From assembly GCA_964106915.2 (NCBI GenBank), contig OZ066916.1: 64,000 nt of DNA; one strand, 5' to 3'. Below the pieces are notes generated by a model. It was not told the DNA's origin, searched no databases, and saw nothing but the letters and a program-made list of their open reading frames with translations. A program made the position numbers and the translations under genes. This document shows positions 49,786 to 63,100 of this stretch, piece after piece. Position 1 is the first letter of the stretch, and every line of letters begins with the position of its first letter. The stretch is from Podarcis gaigeae. Lineage: Eukaryota.

Positions 49786-52269
49786 TTTTAAATAACAAGA
49801 ATTCAAAGCTGAAAATGAATGAACGGCGGCTAAAATACAATGTTCATTTTTCACAGGGTCTAGCCCACCCTCCTAATATTCTTAAGAGGGTCTGTTCTCC
49901 AGTCTTCAGAGAGTAGCTGGAAGTGTGGGAGGCAGAAAAAGGTTTTAATCTGAAATCGTGGGTGCAGTACTGAGCCCAGAGCTCAGACACTGCTTGTGCT
50001 AATGAAATGCCCTGTTGCAAAATGCACTGTTCCAGTTCTATTCTGCCCTTCATATTTTCTTCAAGACCCTCCCCAGCCCTCCCTGCATGCCTCAGGTGTT
50101 TTTCCCTGACCAAAATGTGTCATTGAACTGCTTGTGTTTCTTGCTTGTCTGGATGAAGGCTGTGGAGATGTGTACATGTAGAAACCACTGACATTTGTGT
50201 AGGTGGAATGCAGCCACACAGCAGCCTCTGCAAAGGTATGAGTCCAATCTATTGCTCTACCTACTTTTGCCTCAGGACCCCGCTGACTTTCTGCCTCTGG
50301 ACCAGCCCTAGAAAGGTTGCCCATGAGGTACTGTGGAATTTGGGCTGAAAATGATTCTGGTGTATTGGGAAAACTCTCTTTTTGGCAAAGGAGTGCCCTA
50401 CACTCTCTTTTTATACACAAAGGAGAGGAAAGGAAGTGAGTTGAGGTGACCAGGGCCAATTCAAGACATTTGCCTGAGGCAAAGGACAAGATGGCACCTT
50501 TTCATAATATATGCCAACTAGCCTGGCAGTCAATGACACTGATGACAGGATGGCGTTCTCCATTGTAATTGTAGGCAGCACGCTAGCTTAGCTGGTGAAG
50601 GGCAGACTGTGTGGTGCACAGCTCTGTCCTCCAACATGACTCCAATACTCTGTGGTTGCTTTGCTGCCCTCTCCCCATCACCCACCACTTAGAGATACCA
50701 TCCACTTGAAGGACTCTTTATAGTTGCAAGATTTCAACTGCACAAACCACAACCACTCCCAGCATCCCAACACATTGCATAATGTATCTCACATAACAAG
50801 AGGAGGGTTTTTCTCATACCAAGACCATGGACCTCCTCATTCCAGCCAACATGTTAATGTATGATTATGACTCTATACATGCAAGTTTACCCCTAGACAA
50901 GTAGGCTTTCTGCGGGTTTCAGAAAACCAGTATTTAAAAGGTTAAACGGGGGGACAGAGACAAAGCAGCCTTCCCCTAAGAGATGAGCTGCATTTGCAAA
51001 TAGTGTAAGATTTTGTACGGCTTTTTCAAAGCATAATTGCTACATGGGAGAAAACCGATAAAACAAATTACGGATGATCTCATCAAAGTAATAATGGTTC
51101 ATCACCCATGTGGGCTGCCTGATGTTCCAGTGACAGGAACAGCAAGTTTATTTTCTGTAAATCTATTTGGATCAATTCCTAGGCGGTCAAAATTTTGTGT
51201 AATATATCATAAGCGAGGTGCATGGGAAGGGAGCGAGTGGATTTTTCATAGAAAATAAAATAAAAGCAAGATTGGAGCAATAGGGAATGGCAAATATGTA
51301 TTTCTGAAGGAGTCTTTTGACAAGTATTTGAAGATTTCACTAAAAAGAGGAAAAGAAATACATTTAAATGTATGCACTTTCCAAATCCTTTTATTCCCAA
51401 TATCTAAGAACCAAAGGCCAGTCTGGAGAAAGTGCACAGGTAAACATTTTCACTGCAGAAATGCATGTTCTAATGTAACGTGTTACTACATATATTAAAG
51501 ACTAGTAAAATCAGAAACCAAGTGTAGCAGAAACTGACCTGTCGACCCATCCCCCGCTACAGGTTGGTTTGTCTTTAAACCTGATAGACGCGTCACCTGC
51601 ACTAACAAATGTGATTGTCTGCTGGTATCTTCACTCCCCCATTATAGCAACATCTTCTGCTAACGTTACAGCCCAAAGTGATTGGGGACGTAACACATGG
51701 CAGGGTTTTATTTAGAAAGAGGAAAATGGCCTCCTAGAAGACACGGCAACCGTATTTCTCATTTTGACAGAAAAGGGCAAAAGTACCATATGATTTGACA
51801 GCGTCTGAGTCTTTTGAAAACTTTTAAAGCCTCTTTTGGAAGCTGAGAAGCCAGAAGTGAAGTCTGCTTTGATGGGATTAACCTCCTGGACGTGGAGTTA
51901 CCTGGAAGAGGTTTTCGTATTTCAATCAAGGTGATAAATATCACTGAGTATGCTTGAGGTTCGTGGCATCATAATTCCATCGTGGAAATGCTTTAAAAGG
52001 CAATTATTCTAAATACAGATGTGTGTTGATTTTACTGCACTTCGATGACTTCTCAGAAAAAAAGGTACCTGTGAAATCAACCTTCCCCAACCAGGTGCTC
52101 TCCAGATGTTTTCGACTACAGATACCAACTGTCCCAGCCAGCATTGCCAATAGTCAAGAATGATTGAGGTTGTAGTCCAAAAACATTTGGAGGGCCACAG
52201 GTTAGCCCTCACAGATCAGTTACTGCCTATATTCGCCAAACTGGGTGTCCTTCATGTGGCTCCCAGCAG

Positions 52270-53081
52270 CTGTAGACAGCATGACCAACATGGGTTTCTC
52301 AAAAAAAAAGTCATGCCAGACAAATCTAATTTCTTTTTCTTTTTTTATAGAGTTACAAGCTTGGTGAATCAGGGGGATGCTTTGGATGTAGTGTATCTCA
52401 ATTTCATTAAGACTTCTGACAAAGTTCCCCATGAGAACCTTGCAGAGAAACTAGAAAAATGTGGGCTGGATGAGTTAACTGTTGGGTGCATTTGTAGCTG
52501 GTTGACTGACCAAACCCAAAGAATGCTCACTAATGGTTCCTCATCATCCAGGGCAGGGGGCAGTGACAAGCAGGGTGCCACAGGGTTCTGTCCTGGGCCC
52601 ATTGTTGTTCAGCATCTTTATAAAGGACTTGGATGAAGGAATTGAGGAGATGTTCATCTAGTTTGCAGATGACACCAAACTGGAAGGGGTACAAGTGCTG
52701 CAGAGGACAGAATTGGAACTCAGTATGATCTTAGGTTGGAGAATTGGGTGCAAAGTAACAGCATGAATTTCAATAGGAACAAATGTAAGGTTCTGCACTT
52801 AGATAGGAATCACTGGCTGCACAAATATAAGATGGGGACAACTAGCTTAACAGTAGTACATATGAAAAGGATTTAGGGATTTTAGTAGACCACAAGCTTT
52901 ACACAGGTCAACAGTGTGGTGAAGTGGGGTGGTGGGGATGCTTTTGCAGTTCAAGACTGCATCAACAGAAGTATAGTGCCCCGGTCAACGGAAATCATAG
53001 TACCACCCTATTTTGCCTTGATAAAACCACACCTGGAGTACTGTGTCCTGTTCTGGGCACCAAAATTTAATACGGATATTG
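52270..53081 (+). mobile_element. CR1 LINE internal reverse-transcriptase fragment (frameshifted)
   Basis: [60 protein letters not shown] and [14 protein letters not shown] appear across frames. Confidence 0.92.
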
Positions 53082-53466
53082 TGGCCTCCCAACCTGAAGG
53101 ACCATGTTCTCATATGAGTGTGACTAAATCTTGTCATCTGCAGTGTAAGTCCTCCTTTTCGTCCCACCACTGAGGTAAGTGGGAATGCCCTTTGAAATGA
53201 CCTTCCCAGAGAAACTAGCCTGGCCTCAGATCTCACATTTTTTTTTTGTTTTTAAATAAAATTGCTCAAGCAGGAATTCCAGAAGAGGAAACAGCTGCTT
53301 TGGGGGGTTGTTGTTGTTTAAATGATTCAGCTGGTTTACAAAATGTAACACTTCTTTTTTGGTCTTTTATATCATTTCATTGTTTAATGTTAACGTGCTG
53401 TTTTATTCTTTCAATAGTATTCTGCCCCAGTAGCTTATGTTGATGAGTAGCACATAAGATCACTAA

Positions 53467-53471
53467 ACAAA

Positions 53472-53514
<43 letters not shown>

Positions 53515-53517
53515 ATA
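53467..53517. repeat. (TAAA)n microsatellite (likely the tail of an old L2 remnant)
   Basis: Direct reading. Confidence 0.92.
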
Positions 53518-53955
53518 GCGTGTGTGCAAATAAATAAGGAGGGATACAATTTTATTTTTGGAGACATGACTGTCACCCTTGTTATTTAGTGTTAGATGTC
53601 AAACTAAGGAGTGATTTTTTTCCCCCTTCAGGCATTTAGAGTAGGCTGAGCTGAAGAACTGGTTGCTCCTGCTCCTGCTTTGCTGTTTGATCATATTTAT
53701 TGATAGTTTATGTATATATTATATTTTAATGTGTTTTTTTAAAAAATGAATTTGACAGTGTTACACCCTGGAAACTTTTAGGTTGAAGAGAAAGTTATAA
53801 ATGGAATGAAGGAATAAAATACATTAAAAATATAAGTACTAAACTGAAACCTGACTCAGAGTTTTGGGTTTCTAAACACACCCACCCCCCACAATATATT
53901 TTGTTCTTCTGAAATACCTTGTGCGGTATTGTGAAACCTACAATATTCCAGTTAC

Positions 53956-54313
53956 GGACGCAGGTGGTGCCATGGGTTAAACCACAGAGCCTAGGGCTTG
54001 CTGATCAGAAGGTTGGTGGTTCAAATCCCTGCGATGGGGTGAGCTCCCATTGCTCGGTCCCTGCTCCTGCCAACCTAGCAGTTCGAAAGCACGTCAAAGT
54101 GCAAGTAGATAAATAGGTATCCCACTCCAGCGGGAAGGGAAACGGCATTTCTGTGCGCTGCTCTGGTTTGCCAGAAGCGGCTTAGTCATGCTGGCCACAT
54201 GACCTGGAAGCTGTACGCCGGCTCCCTCAGCTAATAAAGTGAGATGAGCGCTGCAACCCCAGAGTCGGTCACGACTGGACCTAATGGTCAGAGGTCCCTT
54301 TACCTTTACCTTT
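53956..54313 (+). mobile_element. Sauria SINE
   Basis: tRNA-like head and (ACCTTT)n tail. Confidence 0.92.
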
Positions 54314-55909
54314 AATGATGATTACACATGGAATATATTACAAGCGTTTCAAGTTCCAAGGGCCTGCAATTTTTTTTATTTTAAAAAATAAGTTTTTATT
54401 TGTTCATCTGTTTTGAACACAACACAGTCAATAGTGTCCTGTCATTCCCACCCAAACCATGTACTCTGGAGAGAGGCTGCATTTATTTTCTGTAGCTGTT
54501 GCTGGAACTGAGTGGTCAGAGCGTTTTAAACATCAATTTGTCAAACCTCCTTTCTTCAAAACAAACTGCAGTCAGTAAAGTGCCATCCTTTGAAATGGGA
54601 TTCCTTTGCTTCTGTATTGTTTGGCCAGAGGAATGCAAGTCACTTTTATATTTGGGGGGGAAGGCAGTGCTTCCATTTCCTTTTTAAAGCACATCATACG
54701 GAGACGACTGCTGTTCTCGCTGCAGGAAAACCTCTGCTGTTGAAAACCAGGAGGCCAAGCCTGAAAAATCCAATTCCACAGTCTAAAAGGGTTTTCTGCT
54801 AGGTGGCTGGAGAAGGACGAGGATAATCTATGAACTCTTCCCTTCACACAAAGGAAACACCATTAATCACATTTTGATCAGCGAGTAACATCAGCACAAG
54901 CCCAGAGGCCATGTCTGTTAGCTCCGGTAGGGAGAGTGTTAGCTAGCAGGGTGACTAACCTGGACTTATTTCCTGTTTTATAAACCCAACTTTGGGTAAA
55001 AACACTAAAAATAAGTGTTGTGAACTCTGCTCCCTCCCTTTTAAGTTCACTTAAAGATAATCAAAAAAGCCTTGCTGAATCAGGCCACAGGCCCGTCTAA
55101 GCCAGCACTCTGTTCACACAATGGCCAACCAGATGCACATGGGAAGGTGATTCCCAGCAATTTGTATTGAGAGACTTATTGACTCTGACAGTGGAGGGTC
55201 AATATAACCAGTGAGGGTGGTAGCCATTGATAGCCTACAAAAAAACACACACCTGTATATCTCCCACCATTATTTGCAATAAATTTCTTCTAATATAATT
55301 CATGTTTGTGTATTATTTTTACTAACGTGTTCATTTCTATGCACATTTTTTACCCAATACTTGCATTTTGGTAAACAGTGTTTGGTTTGAGAACTGCATC
55401 ACAAAATTCAGATATGTGCAAATTTCAATGGATGGCTTTGTTTCAAGGTCTCATCTCTTGCTTCAAAAAGTCCAAATTTGATACATTTTCAGGAACTGAA
55501 TTGACTCTCTCCCCCCCGCCCCAGCCCTAGTCGATGGATGTGCTATTGGCTGTTTATGTACTCTGTTAGGACCTCTTCCTTCTTACTGTCTTACTTTTTA
55601 CTATGATCTTATTCCCAGCAACCAGGTTGTGAAAATTTTACTTGCAAAAAAAGTAAGCTTTGAGGATCATTACTTGTTGTGGAAGTGCTTTTTGCTTTAT
55701 ATATGCATCTCAGGGGCATCATATTTTTCCCTCACAAGACTGGCTGCTTGCCAGAGGCACCATGTTCTCAAATTGATTGAAGGGGTGATGTCGCAAGGAG
55801 CCAGGAAGTGGAGCGACCACTCTCTGAACACTGAAGGGTTCAGCCCCCTAAAAAAAAAACATTGGGAGGCTGAAACTGCCTTGGCTCCATGAACTGGAGT
55901 GTATGCTGC

Positions 55910-56309
55910 CAGACTCTCCAAGATTTCTCCATTGAAAATAGGGACGTCCTATTTTATAATAATAATAATTTTATAATTTATATCCTGCCCATCTGACTGG
56001 GTTGCCCCAGCCACTCTGGGCGGTTTCCAATGTATATAAAAACATAATAAAACATTTTTTTAAAACAGGACTGCCTTCAGATGTCTTCTAAAGTTTGTAT
56101 AGTTATTTATCTCCTTGGCTCGTGTATGTGTGTGTGTCGCATAACTCCATACCCTCCAACATTTCTCCAAGGAAAATAGGAACATCCTACCATACTCTCC
56201 AACATTTCTCTGATGAAAATAGGGACATCCTAAGGAAAAGTGGGACATTCTGGGATCAAATCAGAAACCTGTAACTGTCCTTGGACAATAGGGACGCTTG
56301 GAGGGGCTG
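55910..56309. mobile_element. Composite MITE containing an L2 3' tail (reverse orientation of 46897-47530)
   Basis: Ends cagactctccaa / ttggaggggctg. Subrepeats at about 55910, 56148 and 56191. Reversed L2 tail at about 55955-56118. tgctgc is present on both flanks. Confidence 0.72.
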
Positions 56310-58426
56310 TGCTGCTTCCTGTGTCATTTATTGCTGGTTGATTTTGTCTGGTGGGGTGAGGAGCTTAGAAATTACCGAGCTGCCTTGGGTCAATTTCATC
56401 ACTCCCACCCTTACATCCATTTTAAAGTCAACTTACTAATGTTACAATTTGAAATAGCTGATGCGGTTTTTCTTGCAATTGCTTTGCCAGTTAAGTGATG
56501 GCATTCCACTCTTGTTCAACAGGGCATAAAGTTACAAAACATTATGCAAATGAACCAATTGTCATAAAACTGACTAATGAGCTTTAAAGGCCAATTATTT
56601 GTGTATGTCCACTGCTTAGGCTAGACTCATTGATCATTCCAACTTGCAATTACACATATTGCTTCAGTGCAGGTTTAAGCACTTCAGCATCTACAATTTA
56701 TGATATGCAGCATTATAGGCCCTGAGTTACAGAAGATGGAAATAAGACAAGCAAAACCAGTCATTTTCTGACTTCAAATTATTCCTTGAATAATTTGCGT
56801 GTGTGCTTTTCTGCAAGGTTCATATAAAAATGACAGATTGGTAGGAACTTTGTTTAGTAAGATTTCTTTAGTGTGTGCTGCCAGCTACCAAGTTATCATT
56901 TTGATATGTTTGGTAAATGATAGCACACACATCTAATCCAAATAGACATAAGATATGACTTTATTTTCCATGCTATTTTTTATTTTTTAGCATAGCAAAA
57001 CAGGAAGAAGTAATCAATAAACCCAAGGCAAAAACATTACACTAGTAAAAAGAACCTGACAAACTGAGCTTATGGATGTTTATTCAACAGAGAGCCCCAC
57101 TGAATTTAATTGAATGTTGTTGGACTCCAATTCCAATTCACTACAGTCACCATTGCCAATGGTCAGAAAAGATGGGCTTTGATATCCAGCAACATCTAGA
57201 GGGCCACATGTTCCTCACACTACTTTAAAGAATGGACACCTGTAGATAAACATAATTATGTTTATACTGGGGTTAATGTGAAACCCCCTGGGAAGTTGAT
57301 TAGAATTGGATAGATCCAGTCCATGTCAATTTTAACTTTATTTAGTCATGTAGCCATTCTGACGTATTATTTTTTTAAAAAAAATATTAAAAACACATAC
57401 AATATTCACATTTAAACTAAGTATTTTATATGCATCTCCCTAAAATACATATTTTGTTTACATTTCCTCTGTAAAACATGCAGTTTTGTATGCTTTTCAT
57501 TTGCATTCCCCACTAAAACAAGCATTTCCCGTACGCCCTTTCCTTGTAATGTACACATTTTTTAAAAATGAAATTGCATTGCAAAATTCAGGTAAGGGTG
57601 CAGTCAATTGGATAACTGGCAGCATTTGAATCCATGTATTGTCTAGTAACCAAATTAGATCAGTTCACTTTAAAATGTGGACTAAACAAAATGTTTGTCC
57701 ATGCCTAAATCTCGTACATGTGAAAACTGCAGGTTTCACTGAGCGCACCAACCTACAGTTCTGTTATGATCAAATCAACCAGCATATTGTACCAAATACG
57801 AACTCACTGAGAAAGGGATGGCAGACATTTTGGCAACAGGGCAATGAATAGGTAGCAGAAGGCTACATTCTCCCTAACAAAAACAACCAGTGGCAGAGGT
57901 TCTCAATTCCTCATCTTCCCTCCTTAGTGCTCCTCCTCTTCTCCATGTTCTCCATTTGAAATCAACTGTCAGACTGTGAAAAGCAATTTCAGCACCAAGT
58001 AAAAAGAAATCAGATTACCATTGCTCATAAACTTTGGGCAGGACCCCCCCAGCCGGCTCAGATATTTTACTGGGGGGCAAAGGGACCTTGGCCCCAATAA
58101 GTTAGCTCCTATGGTCAGCAGCATCAGTGTCCCACAAGTGTCTGCATACCTGTGGGACATCCTGGGTACCAACCCAGAGCCTCCCCCCATCTCACTCCTT
58201 CACCACACACCATCTCCATCCCATTGGATGCAGCAGCAGCCATGAAAGCAATTAGGCAGTTCTCCACCCCCAGCCCCATGAACTGTAGCTGGTTTTCCAA
58301 ACCTTATGCCAAATTAGACCATTGGCCCATCAGTATTGTCACAATGCCTTGTGGCAGATCTTCGGGCCTTTTGTAACAATCCCTGTCCTAAGATGCTGGT
58401 GATTGGGATTATTTGCATACAAAGCA

Positions 58427-58662
58427 TTGTTGTTGTTGTTTAGTCGTTTAGACATGTCCGACTCTTCATGACCCCATGGACCAGAGCACGCCAGGCACTC
58501 CCGCAGTTTGGTCAAACTCATGCTGGTAGCTTTGAGAACATCTCCAACCATCTCATCCTCTGTCATCCCCTTCTCCTTGTGCCCTCCATCTTTCCCAGCA
58601 TCAGGGTGTTTACCAGGGAGTCTTCTCTTCTCATGAGGTGGCCAAAGTACAGGAGCCTCAGC
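58427..58662 (-). mobile_element. Bov-B LINE 3' fragment
   Basis: Matches 3075-3325 with small deletions. Confidence 0.88.
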
Positions 58663-60619
58663 TCATGTCATGTGAAAGACAACAATCCCATGACTGCAAT
58701 CATGGAGCAGGAATTCTAACAGTTGAACCCGTATCCTCACCCCACCCCAGCTGATTTGTAGGATTCCAGATTTTTCTTTCAAGAAGGTCCTTCCTGCCTG
58801 TTGGACTGGTTTGGAAGAATCACACGTAGGACATTGGCTTCATTGTAAAATCCACCAACCAGTTAGGAATACACATGCAGAAATCTGCCAGCCAAAACTT
58901 CTGCCCCCAAAAGCTTGATATTTTCTCAGTAGCATATGGCTTTTAGTTGGGTCTATGGAGAAAAGGCTCAAAATAGAAATTTTGTCCTTCTATACAGATG
59001 GAGCCCTAAGACATCCATCCATTTAAAAGGTTAAAGCCATGTTATAAAGCCTTCAGTTAAGTTATTTATACAATCAGAGAGAGAGAGGTCAAGATATTGA
59101 TTTCTGCAAAATGCCAACAGTTCAGGAATGAACTGTTCTCTCTTTCACACAAGTCATTTTAAAGGAATTATGGGTTGCTGCTGACTGTGGAGCTTTAAAA
59201 AAAAACCCCAAACCAATTCTGCATCAAACACAAACTTCCCATTTTGCAATTACAGTGGCTTATGATCCGCTCCAGAAATCCCTAACCTTTTTGGATGTGG
59301 GACATCATTTGGAAATCTCAGAAACCACTGCAAGTACGACAAAAGCCTACTTCATAGAAGAAAAAACTGGCGATGCCCCCCAGCAATGCAAAACACAAAA
59401 ACACAACCTCATTTTAAAAAAAAATAGATGGGGCATGAGGCCTTGGTGAGGATCAAGGTGGCATCTGAAGGCATCACACTGGGAACTCCATATGTATTCC
59501 ACGCATCCAGGCTACCATCAATCAACATTAGTAAACATTTTTGCTCCAAGAAATATATGGGCTACCAAGAAAGTATCATGTCCTCCTGGGTTAACAAAAC
59601 GGCATTAAAACCATTAAAACTGTGAGTTTCTTTTTAGTAGAAACCATAGAGCTGCTGCTATTGAGAAGGAGAGGTTCGTTCCTCTTCACTGCTCCAGTGC
59701 TCCCATTGGTCTCACAACCCCAAAGGTGGCCTCCAATTGGCTCACCAGTCTGCCCCTCTTGCCATAGAGGAAATAATTGAGATTATAATGTCAGGCTGCA
59801 CACTGGAGCATCAGCTGCAGGTGCTGGGTTCTCCTTAGCATGTGCCACTACCATCATTTGCTCATGCCTTGCTGCTTGATCAATGCCTCCCACCCCCAGG
59901 GCAGCAGGACCCTGCACTTCTGCCCACAAGCCTGACCCTAATAGAACCAGTGGGTTTAGACCAAATTTAAATTTCTTCCCTTCACATGTTATGTCTATGC
60001 TGTACTGATATGTCTCTGAAATGTTAAAAACAACCAGTGTGGATAGTTAAGTATACATAGGATCAGAATATAGATGTTCCAGCTCTGATTGGTTACACAA
60101 GTCCATCAAAGCTGGAATTATCGTCATTTGGGTTCAGCTTGGGGGTGATGGGTTGTCCTCTACCTAATATGCTTGAAACAGCTTTGTTCTTCAAACAGGA
60201 GCTTGCATAATCAGTATGTTTCACAATAAGAGCTTAATTTATTAGACAAGAAATATGCTTGTCTAATAGTCCCCTTTCTGCAATCCGATCTACACAGCTA
60301 AACCCTCCCACCTGCACAGAGTTTAACTGAAGTTAACGGAGCTCTACACAGCTGCTGAGATTTCCCTGTGCAGATTGTATTTCATGCCATGTAGCTATTT
60401 TTTTATTATTATTTAAAGCACAATTTAATTAAAATGCACATAACATTCAAGTTGAACTTTTCATTGATATAGTCAGAAATCAAACTGTTGGTGGTGTTTT
60501 GGGCCCTAAGATCCATGAAACAAGCATATTTCCTAGATCTAGTTGGGGGACATTTTTTGTTAACGTTGACCTTCAATCTTGGTTTTTTTTTAAAAAAATC
60601 TTCTAATTGAGAGACTTCA

Positions 60620-60879
60620 GATCCATAAAATATATCAAGGTATTGACATTGGGGGAAAAAGTGGACAGAGAAAGGTTTTGTTCCCTTTTTGTAACACTGG
60701 AACTTATGGACATTCAACGAAGTTTAATGTTGGAATATTCAGGACAGTACTTCCTCATGCACTGCGCAGTCAGACTATGGAACCTGATCCCATTGGAGGC
60801 AATGATGGTGGCCACCATCTGAATGACTTTAAAAGAGGGTTAGACAAGTTCATGGAGGAGAGGGCAATTGATGGCTACT
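60620..60879 (+). mobile_element. CR1/L3-type LINE 3' fragment, continuing at about 61291-61470 after the Bov-B insertion
   Basis: GEKVDRE.F.SL and LNDFKRGLDKFMEERAIDGY form a CR1-type C-terminus. Confidence 0.75.
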
Positions 60880-61290
60880 GAGCTGGACCATAAAGAAGGC
60901 TGATCGCCGAAGAATTGATGCTTTTGAATTATGGTCTGGAGGAGACTCTTGAGAGTCCCATGGACTGCAAGAAGATCAAACCTATCAATTCTTAAGGAAA
61001 TCAGCCCTAAGTGCTCACTGGAAGGACAGATCCTGAAGCTGAGGCTCCAATACTTTGGCCACCTATGAGAAGAGAAGACTCCCTGGAAAATACCCTGATG
61101 TTGGGAAAGATGGAGGGCACAAGGAGAAGGGGACGGCAGAGGACAAGATGGTTGGATAGTGTTCTCGAAGCTACCAACATGAGTTTGACCAAACTGCGGG
61201 AGGCCGTGGAAGACAGAAGTGCCTGGCGTGCTCTGGTCCATGGGGTCACGAAGAGTCAGACATGACTAAACGACTAAACGACTAAACAAC
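60880..61290 (+). mobile_element. Bov-B LINE 3' fragment
   Basis: SWTIKKADRRRIDAFELW and MRREDSLENTLMLGKMEGTRRRGRQRTRWLD...; tail gactaaacgactaaacaac. Confidence 0.92.
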
Positions 61291-61946
61291 CACAATGCCT
61301 ATGCCCTGCCTTCACAGTACTCTTCTGAAAACCAGTGGTAGGAGGCAAGAGAGCTCTTGTGCTTGGGTTCTGCTTGTGAGTTTCCCACAGGCATCTGGTT
61401 GGACACCTTGAGAACACGATGCTGGACTAGATGGGTTTAATCCAGCAGGTTCTTCTTGTGTTCTTATGTTCACCCTTAACCTTGTACTTGACATATAGCA
61501 CTTGCAATCAAGCTCCATTTCCTTTCTGGGTTTTTGTTTAAATTTAAGTAATTTAATGCAGCTGGACTGTTGGTGCATCATCATGTAAATTTGAGAGTGC
61601 TCAGACCTTTTGACCTACTGGAATTGAGATGTTAAGTCTGTTGCTCCGAGCGGCATTTCAGAAGCCACATGGGCTTCTCTGTATGGCTCGTTCGCAATGA
61701 CTCAATTACAGAGAGCGTCTTCTAGAGAGCAGAACATTCTACACCCCTTCTCTCCTGCTCACATGACCTTGATTTCTCCACCATGTAAGCACTAAGCATA
61801 TCCCATGGTCTCACATGCTGTCCACTTACAACCCAGCCCATGTGTCTTTGCTTTTAGAAACTAAAAAGTTTATAAAGCCTTTGAAGACAAGAAGTGTGTG
61901 GGATGGAGATATTGAGCCCTTGGCACCTGACCTACCCCAGAGTTAT

Positions 61947-62288
61947 AAAAGGTAAAGGGACCCCTGACCATTAGGTCCAGTCGTGACCAACTCTGGGGTT
62001 GGGGCGCTCATCTCGCTTTATTGGCTGAGGGAGCCGGCATACAGCTTCCAGGTCATGTGGCCAGCATGACTAAGCTGCTTCTGGCTAACCAGAGCAGCAC
62101 ACAGAAACACTGTTTACCTTCCCGCTGGAGCGGTATTTATTTATCTACTTGCACTTTGACATGCTTTCGAACTGTTAGGTTGGCAGGAGCTGGGACTGAG
62201 CAACGGGAGCTCACCCTGTCTCTGTGATTCGAACTGCCGACCTTCTGATCGGCATGTCCTAGGCTCTGTGGTTTAACCCACAGTGCTG
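61947..62288 (-). mobile_element. Sauria SINE
   Basis: 12-bp TSD ccccagagttat at 61935-61946 and 62289-62300. Confidence 0.92.
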
Positions 62289-62340
62289 CCCCAGAGTTAT
62301 GGTTTTTGCTAAAAAACCTTTATTGTCCAATTCACTCGAA

Positions 62341-62858
62341 ACCGTCAAATGTTGCAGTGGAACTTGTGCCGGTGTTTGGTACTGCTTTGGAGTGAATTGG
62401 ACGACATCAGGTTTGGGGCTAAAGGTTCACCACACGGGTTACGGCTCCATTTTGTGGAGCGCTGTGAAATGTGGAGTTTTTAACGCCAAATATGAAAGGA
62501 AGCCTTGCCCCGAGCTTTGGCGCTGCTTTTGAGTGAATCGTACAATGTTGAGTTTTCAGCTAAATCTTGACCCCGCAGATTAGGGCCCTGAGGGGACATT
62601 TTGTGGGGACAGTGTGAACTGTGCAGTTTTGACCAACAAACCTTGGAGGGAGCTTGTGCTGGTGTTTAGATCCACTTACGTGTGAATCAGACGATGTTGG
62701 GTTTTTGGTTAAATCATGATGCCGCGGATTAGGGAGCCGAGGGGATCATTTTGTGGGGCACTGTGAAATGTGTTGTTTTAACCATTAAACATTGAAGTGG
62801 GACTCGTGCTGGTGTTTGCAGCTGCTTTGGAGAGAATTGGATGACGTCAGAGTTCAGT
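62341..62858. repeat. Degenerate tandem repeat, period 141-150 bp, about 3.5 units (satellite-like)
   Basis: The anchor gagtgaattgg/gagtgaatcg/gtgtgaatcag/gagagaattgg recurs at 62390, 62531, 62680 and 62830. cattttgtgg...tgtgaa.tgtg recurs three times. Confidence 0.85.
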
Positions 62859-62870
62859 GAAAACTCATCA

Positions 62871-63093
62871 GAGACAGTTACAGTTGCAAATGGCAACAAA
62901 TTGTGCAAGGAAAAGGAGCAGGTTGGCTCAAGTGTGTTGCAAGTAGAAAAAACTGTTTGTAATGAAGTGAGAGATGTAGTTTACTTGCCCGAATTAAGAG
63001 TTTGCTGAGTGCGACAACCCTGACCAAGCGTGGTTTTAATGTAAATTTGAATCACAACAATTGTGCAGTTGCCAAAGATGGTGTTTTGTATGG
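62871..63093 (+). mobile_element. Ty1/copia pol fragment (protease-region beta-barrel), frameshifted
   Basis: ETVTVANGNK / VQGKGAGWLKC / EVRDVVYLPELR / SLLSATTLTKRGFNVNLNHNNCAVAKDG fits the copia pattern V.vanG...G.G....dVlyvP.L..nLLSv..L...G..v.f....C.i. Confidence 0.75.
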
Positions 63094-63100
63094 ACCTTTA

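Noticed and set aside
52160-52636. 158-aa ORF with RT-like residues
   Set aside because: It is a frameshifted CR1 RT remnant fused to a MITE-derived start, not a functional CDS.
59250-59449. Acceptor-like ttacag followed by an open frame
   Set aside because: The peptide is not recognisable and there is no clear donor, so it cannot be supported as an exon.
60240-60268. 11-bp-arm hairpin tattagacaag/cttgtctaata; a similar 10-bp one at about 17193-17227
   Set aside because: Short AT-rich arms of this kind are expected occasionally in 64 kb.
62341-62858. Possible CRISPR-like array
   Set aside because: Whole units are homologous, with no unique spacers and a period of about 145 bp. The context is eukaryotic and there are no cas genes.
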